64,000 bases of DNA from Enoplolaimus lenunculus (lineage: Eukaryota): positions 1 to 64,000 of the forward strand of contig JASANG010000621.1 in NCBI GenBank assembly GCA_030248215.1, written 5' to 3'. The notes under the pieces were generated by a model that made no database searches, was not told the DNA's origin, and saw only the letters and a program-made list of their open reading frames with translations. Below, piece by piece: positions 47,359-61,984 of this stretch. Numbering within the stretch: the first letter of the stretch is position 1; the number at the start of each line of letters is the position of its first letter. The translations under genes and the position numbers were made by a program.

Positions 47359-47798
47359 CTGTATTGACCCGAATAAGAGGGGGAAAGGTAATAAGAGGGG
47401 GGTTTCTGTTTTGAGTCCAATTCAATTCGAGTCCGTATCCGTAATAAAAGAGTCCGTAAGTGGATAGAGTCCATAAACCCAAATTAGAGTCCATAAATGT
47501 CAAATAACCCTAATTGTAGCGCATAAATGACTGCAGGACCAAATAACTTGAGCTCGAAACTTTAAAGCGTATTTAAATTTTGAAAGTACACTCCTAAGTA
47601 TAACCTTGTATTATCGCTGACACAAGACAAATAAACGTCTAATTCAACGGATAATTGCAGTAACGGATATATATCAGTAACGAAGGGCGGCGGAGCGTGG
47701 GTTAAAAATAAATAACAGTCTGTAACCGAATAACAAGGGGGGTTCCCTCTGGAGAGGCCAAATGAATATCAGTCCCCCTCTTATTCGGGTCACTACAG
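47359..47798. mobile_element. Tc2/pogo-like MITE (other copies 50308-50643, 58552-58995; partial at about 55690-55865 and 56650-56960)
   Basis: TA-CTGTATTGACCCGAATAAGAGGGGG...CCCCCTCTTATTCGGGTCACTACAG-TA. Confidence 0.82.
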
Positions 47799-48150
47799 TA
47801 TTTAGCAATATTTCTATCGGGACTTTCCCAAACACTTAGGCCTAAACTTAACTTAATGAAAAGGGTTTTAAAATTTTAAGCCGAAGCCATTGCTGCCTAA
47901 AACTTAACCCTTAAGCTAAATGATTGGAGAACGTGTACAACAACCTACTTTAACTGAGAGGGGGTCGGTGTGCTCGTTCCCCAATAATGACCAAGTAGGC
48001 TAATATGATTAGCAGCCTCGAATGCCCTATTAGGCGGATGCCTGAATCTGTAAGTCATTGGGTTTACCGAAAACTTGAATGCTGATTGGGAGAGCGCGAT
48101 GCACATGGATTTCTTTCTGGATACAGCCGTTGTTGCCCTATGCTATTCAT

Positions 48151-48460
48151 CAGGGTACAACCGGAGGTGTGCTTCCGGCTCCGGTTCCGGTAGAATTTTT
48201 GCCGGATGTTCCAGCAATTTCGGTAGTAGAATTTTGCATAATGTTGCAAAATTTATCTGTTTAGCGTGTTTCGTTCTACTTTTGTCACAATGTTCAGGAA
48301 AGAATTTCCGAAATTTCGCAGAAAATGAGCGTAAAACGAAACAACTTATTGCAGATATTGGCTAAAATTAACTAATTAACCATCATTTTTACTACCTAAT
48401 TGCGCCTCACCTCCGGCCCAGGCTCCGGCTCCGGCATTTTTCACCTCCGGTTGCACCCTG
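48151..48460. mobile_element. hAT-like MITE
   Basis: CAGGGTACAACCGGAGGTG...CACCTCCGGTTGCACCCTG TIRs with a perfect 8-bp TSD CTATTCAT. Confidence 0.88.
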
Positions 48461-48559
48461 CTATTCATGATCTTATGTGAGGTAATTAGTTACGCAGAGG
48501 ATTAGTTTTAGATACCTCAATCTACCCAGATCCGCGTTCACTTTCAAAAATACACCAAC

Positions 48560-51500
48560 ATGGGGTTTACAGGCAACCTAAGCGACCCTCGCCAGCCTCG
48601 ACAACAACAACCTTTTGGCAATGCTCAGTCGTTCCATCCGCTGGTGGTCCTTGTGTCCCGTGTTCGAGCAATTGTCGGCCGTATTCAATGCTTTGGACGT
48701 CGCAAGACGAGTGTCAAAGTAGTCTTAACTGCCTACTTGGTGATAATGCACGGTCTATGGAACCTAGCGGTAAGTAAATTTTTGAGTGCCCGTATTTGCC
48801 ACTGTATGTTAATATAGTACCTACCTATCATCAGTTAGTAATCGGTTGTTTTACAAAATAATGACGACAACTGTTGAATCTGAGAGTTATAAGATATAGT
48901 CCTACGGCGATCAGACAGTGTTTTTCACGATTTATGATTTGATAACTAATTTGGCGCGTTGGCAACCATACAGGATGGTGCCAAATCAGTCATGCAACCA
49001 TAATTCGTAAGCTATTTGGTGGGGAATAATCAGTTGAAATCATGAGAACTGAGAAGCTCAAATAGGCAAAACATTTCAAAATCGGACTATTTTGGACGAA
49101 CGCCGGCTTGGAAAGAATAACCTAAAAGACCCGGCTTTTCAAACACTGTCGTTTTTTATTTTTAATTTTAAATACAAGTCTGCAAAAAGTTGGCGCAGCG
49201 ACTAATCTGCACAAATAGTACTTACTGAGTTTAATATAATGACAAATTTATTCAGACTGTATGCGTTTTGCAAGAAGTTTCACTTGTTAAAATTTCAGCA
49301 CCAATGCCCGCAAAAGCGATTGTCGAAATTACAACACAGGGTCACACAGAACAACTGCAATGGGCATGCAATTCATACACGCTTCTGTGCGAAGCATGTT
49401 CTCCTTCAATGGGCACATGCCCTCCTGTAAAGTATACGTACTCTTCTTTTGCCGAATGTCGACTGTTTAGTCTGTGTTCAAATAATTTATCACTGCAACC
49501 AAGTGATGAGATACGTCGCAGTGTTGCTGAAAACAACGAAATTGACCTGTGGTCAACGACTGGTACAAATTACACAAAATGTCAACGCGCAGTATTAATT
49601 AACAATTTATCAAACATAACGCAGTACTACAAAGTCTCAACATGTTGTGAGAACTTCTTTAAGCTCAAGCGTCATAGCTTAGGCGTAGGCTTAGTCGAAG
49701 GTAAAGGTTAGCCTTAGGCTTATGGCTTACGCTTAGGGCTTAGATTAGGTAAGCTTTGTCTTCAAGCAATACCTAAGCCCATAACTCTGTGCCGGAGAAA
49801 GCAGCATGACCCTATTGGCTTAAAGAAATGTTATATATTGAACTTTATACATAATGTGAGTTTAATAATTTTTTAGCATATCTACGTTTGTGTCCCTTGA
49901 CTCTCTGTGATACACCAATGGCTTTTAAATTGGCACCGACAAAAACGATCGGTTCGCAAGAAGGACCACTGTGGGCACACCCTTATCGGCGGTTGTTAAA
50001 ATTAAAAAAATAATTTAGTTTTTATTTTTACCAGAAACCAATCAACACTGTTGGATATGTTACAACGGCAGTTGCAGAGGCGCGTCGGATTTAATGTGCA
50101 ATTCAGAGGACAACGTTTCGTTTCAAACACTTTCTGGATGCATCGAAATGTGTAATGCGAATATTCCAGGTATCTGGTGTATTTTATCAAACATTGTTCA
50201 TATTTTTATACATTAAGTTCAAGTGACTCCACTGATTGCAACTGTAGGAGTGTAGAGCGCGACAAAAGCTTTGACCTGCACGAAGAAATGGGGGACAATT
50301 GCCTCTACTGTAATGACCCGAAAAAGAGGGTGCGGGGTAATAAGAGGAGGTTCCCATTTTGAGTCCCAATCAATAGGAATCCGTATCCCTAATAAGAGTC
50401 CGTAAGCGGATAGAGTCCCTAAATCCTAATTAGAATCCATGAAGGTTAGTTATACCCAATTGTAGTGCATAAATGACTCCAGGACCAAATAAAATTGAGT
50501 TCGAGTCTTTAAGGGGTACTTAAATTTTGGAAGTACATTCCAAAGTATAATCTTTCTTAATCGCTCAAGCTATTGAAACAAGAGAAATAAACGTTTAATT
50601 CAACGGATAGTTTCAGTCCCCCCTCTTATTCGGGTCACTACAGTACATTCCTATATACTCTTACTATCCAGCAGATTTTCCTGAATACACATCTGTTTTG
50701 GGCCCGTACACAGAGCAGGGCCAAGTGGGGTGAGTTCCTAGAGCAGGGCCGAGTGAAATGAGTTCTTTTAAAAATATTTTAGCCCATGTACAAAAGATTA
50801 ACACCACTTGACAGTCATGTGAAATACTATTGCTGAAATTTAATCAATCAACCTCCATGCATGTTGTACTGGTTAACCTTTAGCTATGTCTGTTGTCTTC
50901 TGAAAACAATCAGTTTAATTTTCAAAGTATGGTATTAACCAATCCCTTGGTGCTAAAGTCATCTAAAATCCCCGCGTATTCTTTCTGAAATTTATCTGTC
51001 CCAAGCTTATTTAGCTTGCTACAGTTCCAGACTGTTTTGCGCCTCTCATGAAAACAAATTCAACTTTAATTTTCAGAGTGCAGCATCAACGAACGCCTTT
51101 ACATGGACGAATGCGGCCCTTTTTGTGATTGCAGCGAATACGTTATGAACCGTGGAGCATGTGCCCAATTGTGTTTTGAGCAACCGCAATGTTTATGTAA
51201 ACCTGGTTACGTTTACCGGTCGCTATCGGCAATGCGCCAGTGTGTCCCAGCTCATTCGTGCTGGGTTTCAAAGCGCACAGTTAGTCCGTCTGGTACGTTG
51301 TGTTTGGGGTTGTTGTTTATTTTCTCTCCACAAAATTCCTTCATTAAATCAACTCAAATAATAAAATAGGTTTGCTCCAGGTTTTATATGTAGCGTTAGA
51401 CACCGCCTTAGCCCCAGGCATAAACCGTCTGTATACAATGAACAGGAGTAATAACATAGGTTTAAGCTTAGGCTTCAATGTACACTGCAGAAAACGGTGA

Positions 51501-54500
51501 GTTAAATTGACTCTTTCCGAAATAGGCTTTTCTGGACTACACAAACTGAGTCAAATTCGACTCCGCCAGAGTCAAACGTGCGACTCAGTGAGTCGAATTT
51601 GACTCTGGCGGACTCGAATTTTGACTGAATTTGAGTAGCCCCCAAAAGCCTATTTTGAAGAGAGTCAAAATGACTCACCATATTTTGCAGTGTAGAGTTA
51701 GTCTTGACTAAGACAGATTTTAGCGTCAAACTCACATTAGTGTAGAGAACATAAAACTGTTTTCATGTTCGACTCACTTCTATTAGTGCGTATTTCAAAA
51801 ACATCAACTGATGTTTTATCATTGCATTTTAATTTAAATATTAAAAACCTTAAATCTGTTGAGTTTCCTATATTTTTGTTCAACAGAGGGACACTGAACA
51901 CTCTCATTTTATCATATGTTACACCCTGGTTCCAAATCAAACCGAACAGAGATATTTGCTATTGTTTTCAAAATAAACCGTGCTGGTCGACACTAATCTT
52001 CCGTACCATCCGGATCTAATCCAACTAAGGCACCTCTAGAAAACGCATAACTTACACGAAACCCGTAATCAGCGTAACATGCAAAAGCAAACTAAAAAAT
52101 TCAGGATGGGAATGATGGATTTTGAAACGGTTAACGAACGGTGATCAGCATTTTAGGGGTTTCAGGCAGTCACCAAGGTCCACTGGCGCCCATCTGGCTA
52201 CGCGGCCCTAGTATATAGCTTATACTTTGATAATATTTTAGACTACTGCTGGATTCCTGATTCTGGCAAACATTGCATGTTATTATTCGGCCTTGATTGT
52301 TCAAATTTACCTCGTACAATATTTTTCTACAGCTCGCTCAAAGAGTGTATGCAAAGTATTGGTAGTGATTTGAAAACTAATAACACGGGTATATTTAAAA
52401 TTAGCTTTAAATGTGAAAAATAACTGGAACGGATGATACTTTTTGGACAAGTATGTGCCACTGAGTAGGCTCATTTGTTGAAGAGAAATTTGAATGCGCT
52501 GCACACATAGGGCTGCTAATTGAAAAGAAGCTATCTTCAAATTATTTCAAAGTAAACAAATACCAGGCTCTTATTACACTTCGAGCAGCATTTTAAGTAA
52601 AAGCCTGTTCTTAGTCTTAAGCTTATGATTGCGCATAGGTTAAGCGTAGTAAAAACGTTAAAACTAAATGCACTGGAAATTTATAAAAAGGTCCAAATAT
52701 TAATGTCTATTTTTAGACTGCGGACCTAACGAAATGTTATACGACGTCGGGTGCGGTCCGTACTGTTACTGCAATACTGCAACTGAGTCAACGCTAGTCA
52801 CGCATAGAAACGACCCAATGGTTAAACATAACGCACCTCACGCAACGTGTCCTGCGCTGTGTTTTGCAGTTCCAAAATGTTTATGCAAACCTGGCTTTGC
52901 GTACAAGTTTAAAGGCAGTGATCAGTGTATTCCTGAGACATCATGTCCGGTTTCTTTTGACAACAGATTGCATTCGAATTCTATACATGGTAGGTCCCAT
53001 CTTAAGATCAGGGGGAACGTTTTTCGGCGTACATTGGCCCACTCAAGACTGTGCCCATCGGGTTGTCGTGGTTTCCTCCAAAACCAAAATTCGAATATGC
53101 GCTTTTACAAAATTCGGAGCCGCGAGATCAATTTTGGCTCTTATATACTTCCCCTACATTTTGGTACCTGTGTATGAATATGCTACCAAAACGGCTTAAA
53201 TTTAATTTCAATGCAGAATTTAATACATAAATAGGTATTACTGAAAAATATCTAAAACTGAGAGATTGGGTTTTGTACAATTTCTGCTTTGGCTTAGGAA
53301 CAGGCCTTGCGCTTTCCCCCCCATTATTTATAGTAAGCTATATATAGCTAAGTTTGAATGAACTTAAATTTCCATTAGGGGGCTACCCCCCGCAACCATC
53401 GTAACTTCAAAGGCATTCCAAGCAGAATTTAGTCTCGCCGCCCACAAAGCTCCGAGCACTGATCTGTTCTTTATGCTTGAGAGCAAAACAAAAAGTCAAA
53501 GTTATTCACTGCTGTTACAATAGTAAATTTTTTAGTGCAGGAGAATAAACTTAAAGTTACGGGAGGGTTCACGTGGCTGTTGCCCTTCGGTGACAGCAAT
53601 GAAAGATAGTTGTTCAATATGTGGGAGGTGTTTAAGTACAAGATGTGCAAAGCGAGACTGTGTTCCTAGTTTCAGCAGAAAGTGCAGCTGAAACAATTTT
53701 TTAGTTTTAACTATTTCTCAGTTTTACATATGCAGAACTTTGTTTTGAAAGAACATTTGATCTATTTTTACGGCGTATTCTTACAAAACTGTTGCGGCTA
53801 TAAGGTGTGGGAACCGTTCAAGAGTGGAAATTGTTTTGACTTCTGCAATGCGACAAGTGTTTTTCCAAAGAAAATGGAGCCTTTTGTTGGTTGTCTGAAA
53901 ACAGGTACGTAGACAGAGGGGAACCAGGCAGATCAGTCTCCCTTCTGGAAGAATTTCGATTCCTCTCATAAAAATTTCAACTTTACTAAAGTCGTCGAAA
54001 ACCCTTGTATGCCACAACTGTAAGACATTTAGTCTCCTTAGCAAGGTAAGCTGAACGCGGGCCTTTCTCAAATTTTGAGAAGGAATATATGTCTGTTTCT
54101 TTGTATACACCTCTGGCATCTACCTACATTTACAGCTGTGACAGAGGTTTATTCTAGAAACCGATATCGCTAATTCAATACCAGATCGATCGCTTGCACG
54201 TCATGGAACCAGAAACTCGATTCCGAAAATGCCATCAGCAACTCCGCCTCCAAAATACACAGCCGCGACAAGCGCACCTGTGCCGCAAATACAAAAGCAG
54301 CATGCGATGCGAACGTTTAGACCTTCGCTAATGCCTGTAATCCCGACGAAACGGCCAAAGCTTAGCATCGATCTCAGTTTGGATTCTTTACCGGGTACAG
54401 GTTTGAATCAAAGCTTGTGCCTGCTTATTGTAGAATTATTGTAATGTTCAAACACTATAGAAATTGCTAATTTGAAATTTGAAATCGGTTGGAACCGGCG

Positions 54501-55355
54501 CCGAACAAACGACTAAAACACTTGTTCTTAGCTTTAAATTTAGCAAACCGCTAATAAAGCACGGAATAAAAATAAAAAAACCAACCCAAATAGAAATGAG
54601 CGTATTAATTGGTAGGGCTAAGGCTCTATTCGCCTTAAGTCACAATACGCCACATTTGGAACTTTCGCAAGCAGGATTTCACCTTCCATTGATCAGTTTA
54701 TCTAGGAGTTTTAAGTTTTTCAATTGGTACCTCACATAAGAAATCTGCATTTCGAAATTTCTATAGAACGTAACCGCCCCGTTTATCAAATCTAGATACG
54801 TCCCTTGATGGAGCTTTCGCACGCAATAAAAACCTACCCCATACGGCTGTATCCAGATTTCGGAAATGGAGCGGTTACGTTCTATTTACAATTTCTAAAT
54901 GAAGATTTCTTACCTAAAACTCCTGTATAAGAAGATCAACGGAAGGTCGAACCCTAAAACAAGTTATTGCGTCCAGTAGGCTAACCTATCTTACTTGATT
55001 AGCTAAAACTGTTTTTTCAGCGAACCAGCGATTTGTTCCCATTGTCCGACGTGATATTGGACCAATGACATTTACATGTGAGCGACAGCCAATGAGAACA
55101 CATTGTCGCTCCACAGGCCGCCGTAGTCAATATACGACCCGATGGTACGCCCTGAATGGCCAATGCGTTTCGTATCCATTTGGTTACTGTCGAGGCGAAC
55201 GGGTTGCGTTAATGAAAGAACTAAGAACCAAAACAGATTGTGTTCGATTGTGTTTACAGACGCCTGCTAGGATTTCGTTAGTTCAACCACCTGCACTAAA
55301 CAATAGAATCAGTTTACATCCGGCATACTTTAGAGGACAGAGGCAAAATTTGTGA
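48560..55355 (+). CDS. Multi-exon cysteine-rich protein with two TIL domains and degenerate Kunitz-like modules; exons about 48560-48769, 49256-49562, 49877-49951, 50035-50169, 51077-51292, 52717-52949, uncertain 53.7-54.4 kb, 55021-55355
   Basis: ECSINE...CGPFCDC...CAQLC...CLCKPGY...CVPAHSC and DCGPNE...CGPYCYC...CPALC...CLCKPGF...CIPETSC fit TIL spacing; RWYALNGQCVSYPFGYC...TKTDCVRLC is Kunitz-like; phases are consistent except in the 53-54 kb part. Confidence 0.65.
51483..51692. mobile_element. Palindromic MITE with CACTG termini (degenerate copy at about 62215-62400)
   Basis: TA-CACTGCAGAAAACGGTGAGT...ACTCACCATATTTTGCAGTG-TA; internal GAGTCAAATTCGACTC palindromes. Confidence 0.75.
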
Positions 55356-56135
55356 TTACCATATTTTGAAGAAATAGGAGTTTTGATTACTACTATAGAA
55401 GGCGTCCCATAAGCTCAATGAAGGTTTAGATTTTGCATTATTTTTTGTTCAGCCTTAAACTTAAGCTTAGTAGTTATTAAACTAATAAGGCTTTCACACA
55501 GGCATGGGCTTACGTTTAGGACCAGTTTTAGCCTTCTGGCCCTGGCTGGCCCATGTTACTTTTAGGGCCGTCTTAGTTTCTGGTGGGTCTGCAAAAGAAT
55601 AGGCTTACATTCTAGACATTTTTTGCTTACGCTTATTTGCACACGATCCGCCAGTGACCCACACGCGGGCGCAATTTTATGAATTATGTACGAGGCAACT
55701 TAAGTACGCTTTAAAGTTTTGAACTCAAGTTTGTTTGGTCCTGTAGTCATTTATGCGCTACAATTTTGACATTTATGGACTCTAATTAGGGTTTAGGGAC
55801 TTATCCGCTTACGGACTCTTATCAGGGATACAGATTCCTATTGATTGGGACTAAAAATGGGGACCCCAGTAGCAATTTTTCACAAAACATTTAGGGAGGT
55901 GCAACTTTGAAAAAAATTTACAAGCGAAATTAGCGAGAAGCCAAACTTAAACTTGCGTTTACATCGCTTTGGAAAGATGTATTTTGGTCTCTATATTGAG
56001 TGTGCAGCCTACTACGAGACTTCTGCATGCCGACTATGCCCCTCTTAAACCACATGGCATCGCTACCTTTTTGTATTATTAATATAAACAGTAGCTCAGG
56101 CGAAATCTTTCGAGGTGTTTTTTTAGAGCCGCCCC

Positions 56136-56565
<430 letters not shown>

Positions 56566-58346
56566 TTTTAATGCCGATGCAAACGTTACTTCTGGTTCCT
56601 TTACTAAAAACTCTTTTTTTTTGGTTTTGCCCGAAAAGTTAAGTAGGGTTGTGACTCGAATAAGAGGGGGACTGATATTTATTTGGCCTCTCCAGAAGGT
56701 ACCCCCCTTGTTATTCGGTTACGGACTGATATTTAATTTTAACCCGCGCTCCGCCGCCCGTCGTTACTGATATATATCCGGTACCGCAATTATCCGTTGA
56801 ATTAAACGTTTATTTGTCTTGTGTCAGCAGCTTGAGCGATAATACAAGGTTATACTTAGGAATGTACTTACAAAATTTAAGTACACTTGAAGGTTTCGAA
56901 CTCAAATTTTTTGGTCCTGGAGTCATTTATGCGCTACAATTAGGGTTAATTGACTTTTAAGAACGCGGTTACGGACTGTAGGAAAAACGAAAATTTGCAT
57001 CCGGAGCATGCCGAAATATTCTTAAATTTGGCGAAGAAACATCCGTTCTCACACTTGTATTCGTGCCAAATTTGAATCTTGGAAGAACAATGGAATACAG
57101 TCGAGCAGGCCTATGCAAGAGCTCTATTATGGTTCGATACAGAATCTGCGAACCAAATTAAATAAACTACAGATACCAAGGAGCAGAAAAGAACCGGAAA
57201 CTTAGCGAAGAACCTGCGAAGGCGATTCTGGAATATCCTGAAACAACCAATAATCATTCGCATTGATTTTGCAAAATTTAACCAAAATTACTCAGACAGG
57301 TCTGGGGTTCAGCGAGCAACGAGGCCGGAAAAATTTTGATGACGCTCAGGAGTTATTTTTTGAGGGGGCAAAACAAAGCCTTCCAAATGCGTTAATCATT
57401 AGCGACTCTATTTTGAAGAACATTGACTTCCAGTGCCTAGCTATAGCCATAAACCGACATATTAGAAGGCTAACTTTAACTGGTGCAAAAATGGAAGACA
57501 TCATGTCTGCTGCGCCTTGTTCTTATTTTCACGGGAACTATTAATAAAGCGCCAAGAACGGGAAAGCAAAATTAGGCCCTTTAGCGGCTGATCAAAAAAT
57601 ACTAAAATTCGAGCATAACTTTCACAAGAAATGCCCGTTTGCATGGCTGCACTTGAGTTGGGTGCCAAATCGCGCTAGTTGTATGAGCGCTAGAATTAAA
57701 TTCGCACATTACTAGATTTAACTGTAAGCTGAGTGAGGCTTAAAGTTGTCTAAAGAAGGCGTGAATGTAATGTTTATAAATTCCAGAAAATATTTTGAGG
57801 CATGAGTTGAACTGACCATGATTTTAAAATTATGCGCAGCGGCTGTTGGAGTGTCGTTATTGAAATATATTCGGTATTGCAAATATCCGTTGAATTAAGC
57901 CTTTATTTGTCTTGTATCAAAACGTTGAGCGATAATGTAAGGTTATACTTAGCAATGTACTTTCAAAACTAATAGCCAATAATTCTTGCTATCGTGCCTC
58001 AGTTGATATCCAATAAAAATAACTAAATTCCGAAATGGGGAGGCTGGAAAGGTCATTCACGGTACTCCCGCAGTATTCCTGTAGTTAAGCAATAGCAGTA
58101 TTATATATAGTGTATTTTTCGGGAAATAAAATGCTCAATCACCAGGTGCGTTGCATATTAAAATGTTGCTAAATAGCGCGAAACCACGTGCGAAGTTGCT
58201 GTTTTTGTTTTAGAAGCATGAATGCCTTGCGACTAGCGTTGAAGCTCGTCGTCTGCTTCCTCCACAAATGATGGAGCTGTATGAAACTCTACCGACAAGA
58301 CATGCGAATGGAATAGTCAGTTTAAGCTTTAGACTAACTTGTTTGC

Positions 58347-58453
58347 GTAGGCTTAGGCTAAGGCTCATCTTTATAGTTAGGCTTAGGCTAAGGCTCATCT
58401 TTACCGTTAGGCTTAGGCTAAGGCTCATCTTTACGGTTAGGCTTAGGCTTAGG
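58347..58453 (+). repeat. 30-bp tandem repeat built on TTAGGC
   Basis: TTAGGCTTAGGCTAAGGCTCATCTTTACCG, about 3.5 copies. Confidence 0.85.
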
Positions 58454-60470
58454 AATATAATTATACTACTGTTCCGAACCTGTTCCATACATAGGTCGTA
58501 CCAATTTTGCGACGTTTTTCACTTTGAAATCACATACGGAGAATTTAAATGCTGTAGTGACCCGAACAAGAGCGGGGGTACTGATATTTATTTGGCCTCA
58601 CCAGAGGGTACCCCCCTTGTTATTCGGCTACGGACTGTTATTTATTTTTAACCCGCGCTCCGCCGCCCGTCGTTACTGATATATATCCGGTACTGCAATT
58701 TTCCGTTGAATTAAACATTGGTCTTGTGTCAGCGGCTTGAGCGATAATACAAGGTTATACTTAGGAATGTACTTTCAAAATTTAAGTACGCTTTAAGGTT
58801 TCGAAATCAAATTATTTGGTCCTGGAGTCATTTATGCGCTACAATTAGGGTTAATTGACATTTATGGACTCTAATTAGGGTTTAGGGACTCTATCCGCTC
58901 ACGGACTTTTATTTGGGATACGGACTCCTATTGATTGACTCCTATTGATTCGGACCCAAAATGTGGACCCTTCCCTCTTATTCGGATCAATACAGTATAC
59001 GACTTTAGTTTTAGTGCTCCATATAATATAGTTTAACAAATATAACTTCAAATTTAGTAGGAATAGTTACTGTCACAATTTTTAAATGCTCTAATACATT
59101 ACTGTACCACAATTTATAAGTGATCTAATACATTGCTGTACACCTTTATTTATCTATTTATGCGTGAAAAATGATACACAAACCAAAATTTGATAAAACA
59201 CCCGGCCCATGTATACTTGACTTCCGTCCGAAAATCCCACCGTTCCACCTAAAAAATTGATAACTCTTGTTTGTGGTGAGGTTTTGGGATTTTGTGATTT
59301 CAGAATTCATTGGAAGCAATTCCTTTGGCTTAGTCTTAGGCTTTTGGTTCAGGATTAGGCAATTCTTTGGCTCAAGATTAGGTCTAAGAATAGGCAAGGC
59401 TCCGTCTTAGGCTTAGGATTAAGCAAGGTTACGTCTTGTTGTACAGATGTCACAGCAGCCAGCGCCTCTAAATCTTAGTAGATTTAGGCTTTCGGCAGCT
59501 GGAATCACATTTCTATGAAAATGTGTGAGCTCTCGGGCTGCCCAGAAATTCTGAGAATAATATCTCGGCGGAAAGACCCCGTGCAAGCTTGTGTCGGTAG
59601 ACACAGCTTTGATTCGGAAGGCTCTGAGCCAAAATACGCAGCCCTTGAAGTTTCGGTGTCCCGGAGAGTTGCTACGGGCATGTGTGCACAGGTTGGACAA
59701 TTGCTGAAAATCGAAATGTTCAGCAGACTTTTCAGATCTGTCCGGTTGGAGCTGTAAGTGCTCTCGCGGCCCGGAAAGTATGAAAACAGTTCTGAGTAGG
59801 TGATATTGTGTTGATTTGAAACTAATTTCAGTGTTTTTGGGTCAAAAATAGTAGTTTTGGATAACTTGAATTTCGCGAAATATCATTTTCATCTGAATTT
59901 TACCAAATTCAGATATTTTGGCTGTAAAAGTGTGTAATAGGTTTGTAAATGTGCTGAATTCGATAGAATGCGTCTAAAAACGCTAAGTTCTACCTAAATT
60001 TTCGTTTTCTGCGTATGTGAAAACCTATAGAAATTTCGATTACCACCGAAATTTATTATAACTATTAGCTAGCTATTGAATATATCACTTGTACAGGCTT
60101 GTTTCGCGAGTAATGGAATGGCGTGTTTATGCATACGTGTAACGGCAGTTTTGTTTTGAATTTTCCTAATACGTGTGTTAATTTTGAATTTAATAAGATT
60201 ACGTGGTTTTCTTTGATTATTGAAAACACTTTTGTAGGAGTTTAGGATAAACCGAAACCGGTTATGCAAATAGGGTCGTAATCTGTATAGTTTATCCTTC
60301 TCCCTGTTTTTACCGTAGTCCGCGGCTCACTTGGTAGAATTCTGACCAGTGCTTAGATTTCCTTTATTTGGGTCGCTTTCGCGGGTTTTCATTACGTTGG
60401 GTAGTTTAGTGATTTTTCTTTGTTTTCTTACAAACAGTTTTGCAAAGCGACTTTGAGTTTGAGTAGCAGA

Positions 60471-60650
60471 ATGCAGAATTTTCGGGGTGTGAATAACTCC
60501 CAGCGGCAGCAGCGGAGTTGGACCTGGGCGACCGGCGTCAACTGGTGTGGTTGGTCAGCGGCGGACTCACCTTTCTGGGCGGGATTGTCACAAACCAATC
60601 AACGGATTCGGCCGTTACCACGGCCCGAATCGGTCATCCCCGAATTACTG
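60471..60650 (+). CDS. LTR-encoded Trp-rich micro-exon
   Basis: MQNF...RSWTWATGVNWCGW...FWAGLS...PLPRPESVIPELL, then a GTAAG donor; homologous to 41729-41929. Confidence 0.55.
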
Positions 60651-60830
60651 GTAAGAGTTATTTATTTACTGGCTTACACCATGGTCCTTGCTTTACACCG
60701 GTGTTTAACTGCCCTCGAGATTATCGAGAAAGTCAAAGCGGGCTTGTAAATTTTTGTATTGTTTGTTTTTAGCCGTGGAGTAGAATTATAACTAGTGTCA
60801 CTTATAGGCAACTAACTTTACTCGGTTGAA

Positions 60831-61010
60831 ATGGCAAGGAGTACACCATCATCCCCGTTAAATCCCGAAGCTGATGAGTTTCAACCTTCCACCTCTGGGG
60901 TTCGGTGGGCGGTAGCTCACTTAACGCCAGAGGTTGAAGCCGAGCTCGAAGCTCTACAAAAGCGTAACGCCGAGGAGGATGCGTTGGTAAGGTTTATTCG
61001 GTTTCTTTAA
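60831..61010 (+). CDS. LTR-encoded 59-aa ORF with canonical PAM2 motif (absent from the ORF track)
   Basis: Hand translation MARSTPSSPLNPEADEFQPSTSGVRWAVAHLTPEVEAELEALQKRNAEEDAL, GTAAG donor at 60987, unspliced stop at 61008-61010. Confidence 0.55.
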   Translation: MARSTPSSPLNPEADEFQPSTSGVRWAVAHLTPEVEAELEALQKRNAEEDALVRFIRFL

Positions 61011-61984
61011 TTCGGGTGTACTTGTTGCCAGAATTTAGGTGTTCGTTTTCTTAACCCAGTGTTACGTGTAGTTTTTGCTAATAAACTAATAGGTTGAGTT
61101 TATGCACATAGTATTTACTTCATACACACACGTTTAATTATTCAATTTGATTTCGGGTCCGGGACTACCGCCCCGTGTCTTTGTATCTATCGTCCTTGAG
61201 TTAACCCGCATTTTTCTCGTATCTCTGAGTGCTCACGCTGGTCACAAATGCGCTGAGCCTGGGTTGATCTGAATTACCTGAGTTCTTAAATGTTGTAATT
61301 CAGGTGCTAGCCGAATTCGTGCACCTGAAGCGTTTTACCGGCCAATAGTCGAGTTTTAGCCAAGTTGAGTTTTCCGCGGAATTTTATATCAGCAGTTGGC
61401 CACTGTTATTTTTGATTTCGAGTAGAATTTAGGGAATGTGATTGGAATCGGTTATTCGTAAATTTGCGTCGCGTATAGAATTTGGATATCAGTGTCGCGA
61501 TGATAACTTTTGCGTGAAACTTAATTAGTTGGAAATTTGCGGCGCTCATAAATCGCCGTTATTCGCGCCGCCCTGATTTTTATCCGACTGTCACCCGGTA
61601 GAGTGACAGCGTGTACTTTCTAGTCAGATTCGCTGGCGGGATCTTACAGTGAACTTGTGTCGATTTGCCCGCATTTTTCCGTGATTTGCAACTTGAGGAA
61701 GCGCTTAAGCCTAGGGTGCTCGGCTGGACTCTTCCTCTTCAGTGGATTGCTTTTGGGCTAAGTGATGTTGCTGTCCTGAAACATGGGTGCATTTCGACTC
61801 AACTACACTGGAGTGAAAGCTATTTTAGCGGATCCTCGTGATTCCCTGTGTTGGTGACTTTGGAACGAACCTACCCCAGTCATGGGCCTAGCATAGCGCA
61901 ACGCATTCGATCATTTTCTATCCATAAGCAGAAAGTTGCCGAGGGTAGGCGGCGCCTCTTTTTACTTTCTGACTTATACTTGTG

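Larger units (their letters stand above)
59440..61978 (+). mobile_element. Solo LTR (2539 bp) carrying two micro-ORFs
   Basis: TGTACAG...CTTATA (terminal CA apparently mutated); 5-bp TSD CTTGT (59435-59439, 61979-61983); GAGGGTAGGCG lies 26-27 nt from the end as in the 40874 element. Confidence 0.8.
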
